Shown here: positions 13,043-25,260 of the stretch, piece after piece
How positions within the stretch are numbered: position 1 is the stretch's first letter
Layout of the letters: every line of letters begins with the position of its first letter
NCBI GenBank assembly: GCA_951406725.2
Contig: OX597831.1
Span: forward strand, 23,932,001 to 23,996,000
DNA from: Octopus vulgaris
Lineage: Eukaryota
Direction of reading: 5' to 3'
Length of the DNA: 64,000 bases
Program-made: the position numbers and the translations under genes
Notes under the pieces: model-generated
Database searches by the model: none
The model's input: only the letters and a program-made list of their open reading frames with translations
What the model was told of the DNA's origin: nothing

Positions 13043-13592
13043 ATTTTGATACCAATCTGCCTGAAACCACCTCTGTAGTAACATTGTCTAGTTTTCATAA
13101 GTTTTGAATTAAAATTTTCCACCAAACCTTACTCACAATTTATGTTCCTAACACTAACTTAATGATAACGAAGCTATTTTACTAAATTCTTTGTTATATT
13201 TAAAATTAATTGAAAGTGCCCGTGTTAGTAGGGTGCCAAGAGCACCATCCGAGTGTGATCGCTGCCAGAGTGGCTAACTGGCTTCCGTGCCGGTTGCACA
13301 TAAAAGGCCCCATTCGAGCGTGATCATTATCAGCATCACTTCACTGGCACCTGTGCTGGTGGCATGTGTAAAAAGATTCAAGCGAGATCGTTGCCAGTAC
13401 CGCCTGACTGGCCCCCATGCTGGTGGCACATAAAAAGCACCCAATACACTCTCAGAGTGGTTGGCATTAGGAAGGGCATCCAGCTGTAGAAACTCTGCCA
13501 GATCAAGATTGGAGCCTGGTGCAGCCATATGGTTTACCAGCCCTCAGTCAAAATCGTCCAACTCATGCTAGCATGGAAAGCACACATTAAAC

Positions 13593-13630
<38 letters not shown>

Positions 13631-13665
13631 CAGAGCATCTCAACAGAAATATGGTGACAAAAGGG
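13043..13665. mobile_element. TTAA (piggyBac-type) MITE interrupted by a SINE C
   Basis: Both halves match the reverse complement of 49920-50139; ends aaagggTTAA. Confidence 0.75.
13216..13630 (+). mobile_element. SINE family C nested in the MITE
   Basis: Internal repeats, Meta-like core, (GAT)n tail. Confidence 0.87.
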
Positions 13666-14043
13666 TTAAAAGAATAAGAAATTATTCTTTGTACTACAGC
13701 TACAGATCTGAAATTCTTGGGTAGGGAGTAACTTGATTGCATTCACCCCAGTGTCCAAATGGTACTTATTTCATGAAATCCCCAAAGGATGAAAGGCAAA
13801 GTTGATTTTGGCAGAATGTAAAGACAGATGAAATGTCATTAAGAATTTTATCCAATAAAAGACTAAAAATGATGTTAGTACAATTCACAAAATATTTCTG
13901 ACATGAGTTGCACCAAGAACACTTGGGTTGCAATTCACTCTAATCACAAGGATACATACCTTCAGTTCTCCAAGTCATTATAAAGTACCATAGGTTTTAA
14001 CCTCTGGTATATTAACACAGTGTCTCTGTTTTGTACCTATTCT

Positions 14044-14497
14044 TATTTTTTTTGTTTTTGCTCACAAGGGGCTAAACATAGAGAGGACAAACAAAGAGAG
14101 ACAAAGGGATTAAGTCGATTACAATGACCCCAGTGCGTAACTGGTACTTAATCTATCGACCCCGAAAGGATGAAAGGCAAAGTCAACCTCGGTGGAATTC
14201 GAACTCAGAACATAGCAGCAGATGAAATACCGCAAAGCATTTCGCCTGGTGTGCTAACATTTCTTATTTCTTTACAACCTACAAGGGGCTAAACACAGAG
14301 AGGATGAACAAGGACAGACAAACGGGTTGAGTCGATTATATCGACCCCAGTGCATAACTGGTATTTATTTAATTGACCCCGAAAGGATGAAAGGCAAAAT
14401 CAACCTCGGTGGAATTTGAACTCAGAACGTAGTGGCAGACAAAATACCGGTAAGCATTCCGCCCGGTGTGCCAACGTTTCTGCCAGCTTGCTGCCTT
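14044..14497 (-). mobile_element. SINE family B dimer (Deu/Nin-like core)
   Basis: Two units with a gcctttcatcctttcggggtc core; 17-bp TSD tgttttgtacctattct at 14027-14043 and 14498-14514. Confidence 0.9.
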
Positions 14498-14849
14498 TGT
14501 TTTGTACCTATTCTGTCATTGCTACAATGTCCTTTAAACTAACAAATTCCATTCTATCTTCAGTTGACACAGCCATCTCCTTTCTTCTCATTACCTCTAC
14601 TATGTTTCACTCAAAAGCAAACCATTAACAATTTTTTCCCAGGATTTCCTTCCCAGAACATCAACTCAAATTCTCTCTTCACTCAGCATTTTCCAGAAAA
14701 TGTTAACTATTGAAAATTGAAAATTTACTGTATTGTTCTGACCAATTTCATAGACTCTGCAAAGATAGTGAGCCCTCAAACTTTCCCTTCACAAATATAA
14801 CAGCAAATATTCAGATAATTTCTATAAGCTATATGAACATCAATTGTTG

Positions 14850-15148
14850 AGACCCCTTTTGATCATGACAGGCACAAGTCTGGGTAAGGTTGTTTATGGA
14901 AGACCAGCAGTCGCTCATGCATACTGGCCTCCCCTCTCCACACCACCAGTGTTATCCAAGGCTAAGGCAACAGCAGATACAGCTTGGCACCAGTGATGTC
15001 ACAACTCATTTCTACAGCTGAGTGAACTGGAGCAACGTGAAATAAAGTGTCTTGCTCAAGAACACAACACACAGCCCAGTCCAGGATTCGAACTCACAGC
15101 CTCATGATCGTAAGCTCGACGCTCTAACCACTGAGCCATGCACCTTCA
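14850..15148 (-). mobile_element. SINE family E (tRNA head, Deu/Nin-like domain, RTE-like tail)
   Basis: Matches 56935-57269. Confidence 0.87.
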
Positions 15149-15827
15149 ATATAATAATGAAAATTGTTGTATACAGTGCTCATGTGCACTATTAGGCATC
15201 AGAAAGCATAGCCAAAAGTTCACAAACAGTACATAGAATAGTATATCATTGAAAAAATAATGTAGAGAGATCAGGTGTACTTTTGGTGAATTTCAACAGT
15301 ACAATTCTAATTCTCTAATGAGTTTGAAGAAGGTTACAGCAGTGCAGATAATAAGCGAGGCTTTAATTATAAACTAAGAGTGATCATTATAAAGTTCAAA
15401 CAGTCATTAGAGTGATAAGACCATAACTAGAAAGTGGAAGGCCGTGCATATAAGTGTTGTATGCCTTTCAACTATTTGTGGTTTTATCTCGTTCGCAATA
15501 TACCATTTGTAGTTTTATCCACCTACACTGTTCTGAAAATGGATTTTTATGTTTAACTTTCAATGCAGTTCACTGAATGTAAAAATCACAAGCTGCCAAT
15601 CAGCAGAAGATAATATTAATCATCGCTTTAAATGGGCAAACCTATGATCAAAGATGTCCAAGCTGCATCCATTTTATGTTCCGTCTCCTGCCTTTCAGCC
15701 ATTTTGTATCTAGGTTGTCATTCTCCGATTCACCCTTCTTTTTTTGTTTTTTTGTTGTTGTTGTTGCTTAGTCCCTGGTTAGTCTTGGTTAAAATTTTAG
15801 TCAATGGTATTCTAGCTTATTACCTAA

Positions 15828-16312
15828 GGTGGCGAGCTGGGAGAATCATTAGCAAGCCGGGCGAAATGCGTAGCCATATTTCGTCTGCCGTTACATTCTG
15901 AGTTCAAATTCTGCCGAGGTCGACTTTGCCTTTCATCCTTTCGGGGTCAATTAAATAAGTACCAGTTACGCACTTGGGTCAATATAATCGACTTAATCCG
16001 TTTGTCTGTCCTTGTTCATCCCCTCTGTGTTTAGACCCTTGTTGGTAGTAAAGAAATAGGTATTCTAGCTAATACCTGAGGTGGCGAGCTGGCAGAATCG
16101 TTAGCACACTGGACGAAATGCTTAGCAGTATTTTGTCTGCCGCTACATTCTGAGTTCAAATTCCGCCAAGGTCAACTTTGCCTTTCATCCTTTCGGGGTC
16201 GATTAAATAAGTACCAGTTACGCATTGGGGTTGATATAATCGACTTAATCCGTTTGTCTGTCCTTGTTTGCTCTCTCTGTGTTTAGCCCCTTGTGGGTAG
16301 TAAAGAAAATAG
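15828..16312 (+). mobile_element. Two full SINE family B copies in tandem
   Basis: Units 15828-16059 and 16080-16312; a target-like 17-mer is present three times. Confidence 0.92.
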
Positions 16313-16329
16313 ATATTCTAGCTATTACC

Positions 16330-16480
16330 ATCCTATCTTTCTTTTTTTCTGACATGATGTGCTAGGATTGCATTATCCAATATCTTCCCTTTCCTTTAAG
16401 GCAGCGGTGTATGGTTTAGAGGGAGATTTGGCTGATATTTCTAGCATTTTAAGCAACTACAAACAGGTTTCCCTCATTCA
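16330..16480 (+). repeat. Unclassified dispersed repeat (gggagatttggctg.tatttctagc family)
   Basis: Related copies near 36290-36490, 42795-42960(-), 43460-43630(-) and 53640-53710. Confidence 0.6.
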
Positions 16481-16847
16481 CTCATTTCTCTGTTTGTAGC
16501 ATCAGAACACACTACTTAACCTTTGTTTCTGATATCAAATTCCCTACCTAAACATAGACTACTATATTTACATAACCTTCCTACAAGTACAGTACCTCTC
16601 TCCTGATTCACTACAAGACATTTCTACCTTAGTTTCTGTAGAGTTTCAAATTTCCTCCTGTATATTCAATTCTCATTCTGTGCTGAGACAAGATTCCGTG
16701 TTTCGCGATTGTTTTACATGTAATTTCCTTGTTAACGTAGCTGGATAATAATATTTTATTTATTTGTATTTAAATTTTTATCTTTGGTTTACTTATTCAT
16801 AATCCAGCAAGAATATTCTTTTCCCCATTTTGTTAAAAACCATTCAT

Positions 16848-17255
16848 GCGCAGGAGTGGCTGTTTGGTAAGTAGCTTGCTAACCAACCACATGGTTCCGG
16901 GTTCAGTCCCACTGCGTGGCATCTTGGGCAAGTGTCTTCTGCTATAGCCCCGGGCCAACCAATGCCTTGAGAGTGGATTTGGTAGACGGAAACTGAAAGA
17001 AGCCTGTCGTATATATGTATATATATATAAGTGTGTGTGAATATGTTTGTGTGTCTGTGTTTGTTCCCCTAGCATTGCTTGACAACCGATGCTGGTGTGT
17101 TTACGTCCTCGTCACTTAGCGGTTCGGCAAAAGAGACCGATAGAATAAGTACTGGGCTTACAAAAAGAATAAGTCCCGGGGTCGATTTGCTTGACTAAAG
17201 GCGGTGCTCCAGCATGGCCGCAGTCAAATGACTGAAACAAGTAAAAAGAGAAAAA
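16848..17255 (+). mobile_element. SINE family A, full length
   Basis: Near-identical to 42227-42643. Confidence 0.93.
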
Positions 17256-17747
17256 AAAGAGATGCGTATAGTAGACTCAGGAAATATTCTGTAAGTCTGA
17301 TGGAATGGAATAAAAAGCATTTGTTCCTTGCTGGCTTCACTCATTCTATTCCTTTCAAGAGTCATTTCACATTGTCTTTCCAAGCATCGTTCAATTCAGT
17401 AATTTCCCAAAATCTCATGCACTACAAGCAAATTTCAAGACCTCTCTCAGCTCCAACATTTATACCAAGTCTGTCTGTCTGTCTACCTGTCTCTCTTTCT
17501 CTCTCTCATATGCTTTGTCGCTCTATATGCAATGTGTGCATATATATATATTGCTGGTTTGTAGCTAAGATTTACTCTCAGGCCAGGGGTTAGCCTGTAG
17601 GTGCAGTAGAATACATTTGCTGTGCAGTGCAACTAAACCTCAGTTTTTTTTGTTCCACAACAGACTTCTTAATCACAGTGTCATGCCTACCCTCTTTCCT
17701 CTCTCTGTCTTCTTCTCTCTCACTCTCTCTATATATGTATATATATA

Positions 17748-17834
<87 letters not shown>

Positions 17835-17837
<3 letters not shown>

Positions 17838-17962
17838 TCAGCCGAAATTGCGAGGATGGTCTGGTTCTTGACTGAAGTTTGAAGGCTTCGAATGTCCCAT
17901 CCGTGTTTTTTGTATCGTCTTCTAAATGTTTGGAATTCTTGTCCCAGTTTGTATTTTTTTAC
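17835..17962 (+). repeat. Dispersed repeat, possibly a Penelope-like terminus
   Basis: Reverse-complement match to 61981-62108; both copies sit inside (TA)n. Confidence 0.6.
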
Positions 17963-18197
17963 ATATATATATATATATACAGTTTATGAGAGGTAATGGT
18001 GTGAAGAAGACCCAAATGCATCAGGTAATGCTGAGTGAGTGCTATGGACAGACCATAGTTAAGCTTCAGGTTTGGTGATTATGCAAATGAGGAGTCCAAC
18101 GTAGGTCATATATCAGCATGTGTATATATAAAAAAATTTTCAAAATGAGATAAAAATCCAAGGCTGTGAAAAATTTCAGAATATTTATAAATAGAAG

Positions 18198-18245
18198 GTC
18201 TTACAGCTGTTTCTGGGATATTTTATATATCCCTCCATCAGAGAC
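18198..18245 (-). ncRNA. Minimal type I hammerhead ribozyme motif (A9G variant) in a Penelope-like terminus
   Basis: GUCU-CUGAUGG-a-GGGAUAU-auaaa-AUAUCCC-a-GAAA-CAGCUG-UA^AGAC: stems I and II pair, stem III is palindromic. Confidence 0.7.
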
Positions 18246-18328
18246 AGCGTGAGAAAATGGTTAAGCAATAGTTACTCTAGATAAGTAATGAAATAGAGAG
18301 TGAAATGGAGGAATGAAAATAGACATGT

Positions 18329-18654
18329 GATATGCAGAGATATTGCACCTGTAGTTCCATTATTTAGGCAGAGTGTTATACATATAAGATTCCTGTACTT
18401 TGTGGGTAAGTTCCAAAAGTATTTAAAATTGGTCATTCCAAGCAGAAAGTTTGCAAACGGTGTTATTGAATCTAAATAACATTGTTATCTAAACTTTAAA
18501 TAAAACCCTAGATTCAATAACACCATTTACAAACTCCATGCTTGGAATGACCAATTTTAAATACTATTGGAACTTACTCACAAGTTACAGGAATCTTATA
18601 TGCATACCATTCTGCCTTAATAATGGATCTACAGATGCAATATCCCTGCATATC
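18329..18654. mobile_element. Fold-back element / palindromic MITE
   Basis: Inverted arms of about 146 bp (18329-18474 and 18509-18654) with a 34-nt spacer. Confidence 0.85.
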
Positions 18655-19133
18655 CAGCACCGCCTCTAGTTGAACAAATCTACCCCAGGGCTTATTCTTT
18701 GTAAAACGTCACCCTTTTCAAGCCTAGCCAGACCCATGGGCCCCGTTTCCCAATTTCTGTGGCGTATGTGTTCCGCCCAGCTGGATGGGCAGCCAGTCCA
18801 TCAAGAAACAGGAAGAGAGAGTGAGAGAAAGTTGTGGTGAAAGAGTACAACAGGGGTCACCACCAACCCCTGCCGGAGCCTCGTGGAGCTTTTAGGTGTT
18901 TTTGCTCAATAAAAACACACAACACCCGGTCTGAGAATCGAAACCGCGATCCTCTGATGGCGAGTCAACTGCCCTAACCATTGGGCCATTGCACCTCTGC
19001 ATTCTTTGTAAGCCTAGTACTTATTCTATCAGTCTCTTTTTCCAAACCACTGAGTTACGGGGATGTAAACACACCAGCATCAGTTGTCAAGCGATGTCAA
19101 GTGTGTGTCTTACCACATAGCCATGCCTGTGCC
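18655..19133 (-). mobile_element. Deleted SINE A interrupted by a SINE D
   Basis: SINE A sequence resumes at 19001 after the insertion. Confidence 0.8.
18705..19000 (-). mobile_element. SINE family D, tail type 2 (V-domain-like gatggactggc.gcccatccag)
   Basis: 11-bp TSD attctttgtaa at 18694-18704 and 19001-19011. Confidence 0.88.
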
Positions 19134-19494
19134 TATATATATATTATAAATGTATGCGGGTAATCTATGTAGAGCTATTGTGTTTCAAAGGGGTTTGGCT
19201 TTAAATGGATTTAACTTTCAGAATAACAACATTTGTAGGATTACAAGACTAACTCAATGTTATCTGTGTTTTAAAAGTGAAAAAGGAATATTTATATTTA
19301 TCAACTATTTCATATTTAGCTTATTTCCCTAAGCACTGTGAACAACTGTATGCACATGTCTTGCTGTATATGTCTTCATATATCATGCATATATCTGTAT
19401 ATTTCAGTATATTTGCATTTACATATATATACATACATACATACATATATATATATATATACATACATATATATATATATATATATACATATAT

Positions 19495-19535
<41 letters not shown>

Positions 19536-20404
19536 TATAGATAGATAGATAGATAGATTGATATATTACATAGATGTGAATGTGTGCACGAGAGTATGTT
19601 ATAGTGCATGCATGTATAAGCACACACACGACCATACACATACAGATACATATGTATACATACATACACATGTACATATGTGTATATATATGTGTGTGCA
19701 TATGTACATAAAACACGCACATGCATTGGATTTTGCTTGCATTATGCTTACACGCAGTTTTACGATGAATGGCATATATCAATGTATTACAATACTTGAA
19801 ATCAAATTACAATATCAGTTATTCACTTAAGAAAAAAAAGACGAATATGAAAGAGGTAATGATGATGATGAAGATGACGATGATGCTGATGATGATGATG
19901 AGTTATGCCAAATATCAGTTTATTACATATACTTCAAATAAGGAGGCAGAATACGCCAGCAGGTTTCCATCGTTGTGAAATTAAAATAAAAAGAAAAACT
20001 AACATAATCCAAAAACCATATTCCATGTCATAAATGAGATTACTGTCAAATTTAGCAGATTAATTCCTCAGGTTTAAAACTGAAGTTTGTTGTTGTTTCA
20101 CCCTTAAGACTGTTTTAATCCGATTGCTTTTGCCGGAAGATTTACATGTATGTGAAATCAAATTCGTCTTAATAAGAATTTGTAGCTAATAAGCAATGGC
20201 ATATTTTTGGTTTTAAGTCTTATACAGAGGGAGAAAGAAAGATCAATCACCATTATATTTCTGTGGAAACAGTGAGACTGCTGTTATCTTTAGCTTCGTT
20301 TAAATGTTCAGTTTGAATTTTTTTTTTTTTTTCAAATGGTATAATGATTATCAAACTAATTATAATAAAAATATTAATAATAATCCTTCGAGGCACAAGG
20401 TCTG

Positions 20405-20435
20405 AATAATAATAATAATAATAAAAATAATAATG

Positions 20436-20483
<48 letters not shown>

Positions 20484-20518
20484 GTAATAATAATAATAAT
20501 TATGATAATAACAATAAC
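20405..20518. repeat. (AAT)n microsatellite
   Basis: Direct inspection. Confidence 0.95.
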
Positions 20519-20672
20519 ATCGAAAAATATCTTAGGAATGAGAACCCAGGTTTTAAATTTCCCCAAGAAAGACACCTGATGAAGGCTGGAGGATATATCA
20601 GCCGAAACGTTGTGTTAACAACAAACAAGATGAGGACAAATATCAATCAAATGTAAATAATGTAAACAATGT
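20519..20672 (+). mobile_element. Penelope-like element terminus
   Basis: Same sequence twice more at 38492-38772; carries a hammerhead motif; ends in atgtaaataa repeats. Confidence 0.65.
20571..20616 (+). ncRNA. Minimal type I hammerhead ribozyme, intact core
   Basis: GACAC-CUGAUGA-a-GGCUG-gaggauauau-CAGCC-GAAA-CG-UU^GUGUU: conserved boxes CUGAUGA and GAAA, stems I and II, palindromic AACGUU stem III. Confidence 0.78.
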
Positions 20673-20910
20673 AGATATTTACCTGTATCATTGCATATTA
20701 ATTACTGGCATTTTTAAAATAAAACCTGAATCAAAAAGAGTAAAGGTAACCCAGATATTATTGTGTCATCTTGAAGATTCACCCCACCACATTGGAGCTA
20801 TTATATCAGCTACCAATTTTGCTAAATACTGTACTTAAACATATGACCTATAGACAACAAACGATGATCATAGAGCCAAAATATTACTGTTCATGTGATC
20901 AGTCAAAATA

Positions 20911-21477
20911 TTGGGTTGTCCGGGAAGTTTGTGCCGATATATAGTAGCTTATATTTCAACTTATTTTAGAACATGGTTGAGTCCCATAAAATAAGATTTG
21001 ACTACACCTCCATTTAGAGCACAGTTTAAGCTATCTTTCCGTGGAAGAAGGTTTATGTTCCTATAACCTGTGTTAATTCTGTAACCCTTTAAAATGGAAG
21101 ATAAGAAAGTTCATTTTTGGCACTTGATGCTTTGGGAACCAGACAAAAATTGCTGCAGCTCAGCTGGGATGTGTTACCCCACCCTCCATATTCACCAGAT
21201 ATTGCTCCTTCAGATTTCCACTTATTCAGGTCTCTGCAGAATTGTCTTAATGGTAAAAATTTCAATTCCTTGGATGACGTAAAAACATACCTTGATGAAT
21301 TCTTTGCCATGAAACCACCTCAATTCTAGGAAGAGGGTATTTTCAAGCTAAAGGAAAGATAGAGATGCATTGTGTAACAAAAGGGTTCATATTAGGTTGA
21401 TTAAAAATGTAATGGCAAGTATTTATTGACCCCTTTTTTTCCTTTAAAAATCAACACAAACTTTCCGGACAACCCAA
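20911..21477 (+). mobile_element. Mariner deletion derivative
   Basis: TA TSD, TIRs, WDVLPHPPYSPDIAPSDFHLF motif; same deletion junction as 9623. Confidence 0.95.
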
Positions 21478-21749
21478 TACATTAAGTGCACATGTACCCT
21501 GAATGAGAAGAAAATTCTATTACCATAATGGTTAATGGTTAGTTCTGGGAGGCTTAACAACACAAAATTATATTAACTAAAATTGAATGTTGGTATAAAG
21601 GTAGGTGGTGGTGGTGGTGGTCTGTTCTTTTTTACCAAATATCAAAAATAAGTGAATTGATACAAATGTTTGGTAAAACGAAACTACCAATGAAATTTTA
21701 ATCCCTTCATTTATTTTAATATTTGGTAATTATGAGTAACTGCCACTCT

Positions 21750-22065
21750 TTCAGTTATGATGTTGAGGGTTCCAGTTGATTGGATCAATGGAACGGCCCG
21801 CTTGTAAAATTAACCTGCAAGTGGCTGAGTACTCCACAGACATGTGTACTCATCGTGTAGTTCACCTGGAGATTCAGAATGACACAATGTGATGATGAGG
21901 CTGGCCCTTTTGAATTGCAGGAGCTACTTATTTTTGCCAGCTAACATGAACTGGAGTAATGCGAGGCAAAGTGTCTTGCTCAAGGAGACAACATGTAGCT
22001 GAGAATCAAACTCACAATCTTACAATCGTGAGCTGACTACCCTTACCACTAAGCCACAAGCCTTC
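21750..22065 (-). mobile_element. SINE family E with alternative tail
   Basis: Head like 56935; tail shared with 31510 and 33980. Confidence 0.82.
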
Positions 22066-22149
22066 ATAATAAAGACTAAGATAATGATTTGCTGAGGAAG
22101 TCTAATAACACCAAAACATGTCTAGAATTATCTGCTCACTCATAACAAA

Positions 22150-22370
22150 TAGCATTCAGATTACTCTCTTGAATATAAGGGATATTATTTTCACATGGTT
22201 TTGAATTAGTTATGTATTATCTCATAGTTTTGAGAGTTTGATGATGTAATTCTTTATTTTTATCAATGACATTGCAGAGTTGGTGTGAAAGGCTAGATCA
22301 GGCTAATTTGAACACAAAATAGGTAGAATATTTAGGCCACCTATGGCTGATTAAAATATTAAAGATTTAA
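22150..22370 (-). mobile_element. Diverged TTAA MITE (family of 40600)
   Basis: Reverse-complement similarity to 40600-40822. Confidence 0.5.
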
Positions 22371-22639
22371 GCTTACTCATTAAAACAAGCCTATTTTAAT
22401 TTCTTAATGAATTTGCATTTCAGAATTATCTATCTTAACTTTCAAGATAATAATTGTCATTAAAATTAATGATTCTTCCCTTCATTATTATGTTTAAATA
22501 AGCATTTGTAATGGACTCACAGTATTGAATATGTTAGCTTCTATATCAAATATAGAAATATAACTCAATAGTTATACTGAATGGTATTGGTTTTTGTGTC
22601 TTTCTCCGTCTCTGTCTGTTCTGCTTTGAATGCCGACAG

Positions 22640-22669
22640 TGTTCCTACAGACACATACATATAAACCAT
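22640..22669 (+). CDS. Candidate 30-nt small exon
   Basis: Long pyrimidine tract, tgctttgaatgccgacAG acceptor, GTGAGT donor, length divisible by 3, two open frames. Confidence 0.3.
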
Positions 22670-23204
22670 GTGAGTATTCATTATCTGAAACGACTGCTTT
22701 GTGTGTCTACCTAACAATGACAGTTCTTTCATAAAGAATGATATCAGAATTCAGTATCAGACATAAAGTGGTAATCACCGTTCTATGGCTGTGGCATGAT
22801 AAATCAAGCAGTCAATAGAATTAAGTATAACAGCTACATAAAAATATATACATACATTTTGAGTTTATGTTTCTGTGAACATATGAGGCTGTAACTGGTG
22901 GGCGCCAGGCATGTCTGAGTGATGGAGAGGATGACATGTGCTTATGAGCAAGCAGATACATGTCTATATAGATACTATGCTTTCAAGACTGGTTTAAGTA
23001 CTGGCAAATTGGACAATCACTTGGGTTATCACAGAGGAGATCTTATCATGTGTTTGGGTTTCTGGAATAAAATGGGGAAATTAAAATAATATAAATACTC
23101 CTATAAATCCTCTACAATATTAAAATAAAGGAGCAGTCAACTACTGCCGTTGATGTTAGTATCAACTAAATCTTCTCCTTAAAACTGTTGGCCTTGTAGT
23201 AAGA

Positions 23205-23410
23205 TCATCATCATCATTTAACATATGTTTTCCATGCTGGCATGGTTGGACAGTCCAACAGGAACTGATAAGTCAGAAGACTGCACTGAGCCATGCTGTC
23301 TACTTTGGCAAGGTTTTCTACAGATGGATGCCCTTGCTAACATCAAATCCTTTTACAGAGTATGATGGGTGCGCTTTAAATGGTACCAGCATTAGTGATG
23401 TCACGAAGCG
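23205..23410 (-). mobile_element. Diverged SINE family C
   Basis: (CAT)n, ttccatgctggcatgg, ggatgccctt. Confidence 0.75.
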
Positions 23411-23616
23411 ACCTGCTAGAAATGACACCTCAACTGAGGTGGGGAGTAGTATTGATGGACAGAAAAATGACACCTTGCATTGGAGGAGAAACATAGATGT
23501 CTGAGATGGGAAGAGACTGGAGAGAGGAAGAGAGAAAGAAAAAAAAATGAGAGAGGGTGTATTAGGATGATAGGTTGTGGGGAAGACATTCAATAGGGAC
23601 ATATGTGCAACAAAAA

Positions 23617-23676
<60 letters not shown>

Positions 23677-24039
23677 GTTATCCAGCTTGCCAAAAAAAAA
23701 TGCTGTGCAATGTTTCTGCCATCTTTACATTCCAGGTTCAAATTCCACTAATGTCATATTAGCGTTTCATCCTTCCAGGAATATACTGTTATTTCCCACC
23801 TCCACAAAACATTTCTAATTTAGTGCCATTTTAAAACATTACTATTATTATTGTTAAGTATTGTGGGTTGGTTTGCTTGGCTATTATATTAACATATAAA
23901 GTCTGTAATATATTGAATATGTATTGCTAAGTTTCGTATCTACATATGTTATAAATATTTGAATGTATTGTGTATATTTCAATATTACATCTGCATATGC
24001 AGCCAGTAATTGGCTATATTTGTATGTACATACACAGTT

Positions 24040-24122
24040 GGTATTTCCATACACACACACACACACATGCGCACATATATATGCATTCATGTGTGTGTGT
24101 ATGTGTGTGTGTCTTTCTTATG

Positions 24123-24190
<68 letters not shown>

Positions 24191-24308
24191 TACACATACA
24201 TGCATGCATACATATACATATATATATATATATATATACATACATACATACATACATACATATAATGTACAGTCTCTTAGAGCATACATATGTATATGTG
24301 TGTGTGTG

Positions 24309-24359
<51 letters not shown>

Positions 24360-24377
24360 TATATATGTGTGTATATA

Positions 24378-24421
<44 letters not shown>

Positions 24422-24490
24422 CATACATACATACATATATATATACATATACACATGCATTCATCTATCTATATACATATACATATATAT
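24040..24490. repeat. TA/CA/TG microsatellite block
   Basis: Direct inspection. Confidence 0.95.
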
Positions 24491-24916
24491 AATGTTGTGA
24501 GTATTGGAGTGCTTTTTGCACTATTAACTATAACAGTTACCGATATCTAGAAAAGATATTCTGTTGTGGCATAGCAGTACGTATAAAAATACTTATGCAG
24601 TATTTTGTCTTCCATAAAACTGATCTCATTATTTCATTATTTTGCATAACCTATATTTCTATTGCCTTTTCTTTTCCCATGTCACTGGTTTTTGTGGGGT
24701 TTATTCTTTCATACGCATAACTCACTATTTGCTTAGAATATATTATAATACTTCACCAAATGAGCAAAACTTCATGGAAATTACCGAAAGGAAAAAAAAA
24801 ATCTATATTTTTTTGTTCAAAAAATTTACACGTCTTGAATTATTTCTGATATAACAATGTGGGAACAAAGGAATCAAGAGGGACAAATGGATAAAAATTG
24901 GGAAAACCTGTTTAAT

Positions 24917-25010
24917 GGTTGGTTGGTTGGTTGGTTGGTTGGTTGGTTGGTTGGATATCTGGTTGGCTTGTTGGTTTGTTGTGTGGTTGGATGGTTGGTT
25001 TGGTGGTTGG
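24917..25010. repeat. (GGTT)n tetranucleotide repeat
   Basis: Direct inspection. Confidence 0.93.
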
Positions 25011-25260
25011 TGGAGATAAAGATAAGTTTCTTTATTGGCCGCACAGGGCTGCACACAGATGGGACAAGTTACAAGGTAGAGCTTTTCTTTTGGGGGATGA
25101 AGAAAACAAAAAACAAAAGAAAAAAACAAAAAAAACAAAAAAGGGGTGGCGTAGGTTTTCGATCAAGAGGGATCGTAAAAGGGAAGAAAAGAACAAAGGA
25201 GATAAAGATAGTAAGAATGCACAGAAGCTTTTTTTTTTTTTAAAAGGAAAACCTGAAATG

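Noticed and set aside
17860-17900. Hammerhead in the 17835/61981 repeat (CUGAAGA...GAA)
   Set aside because: I could not find a pairing stem I or a proper GAAA-NUH arrangement.
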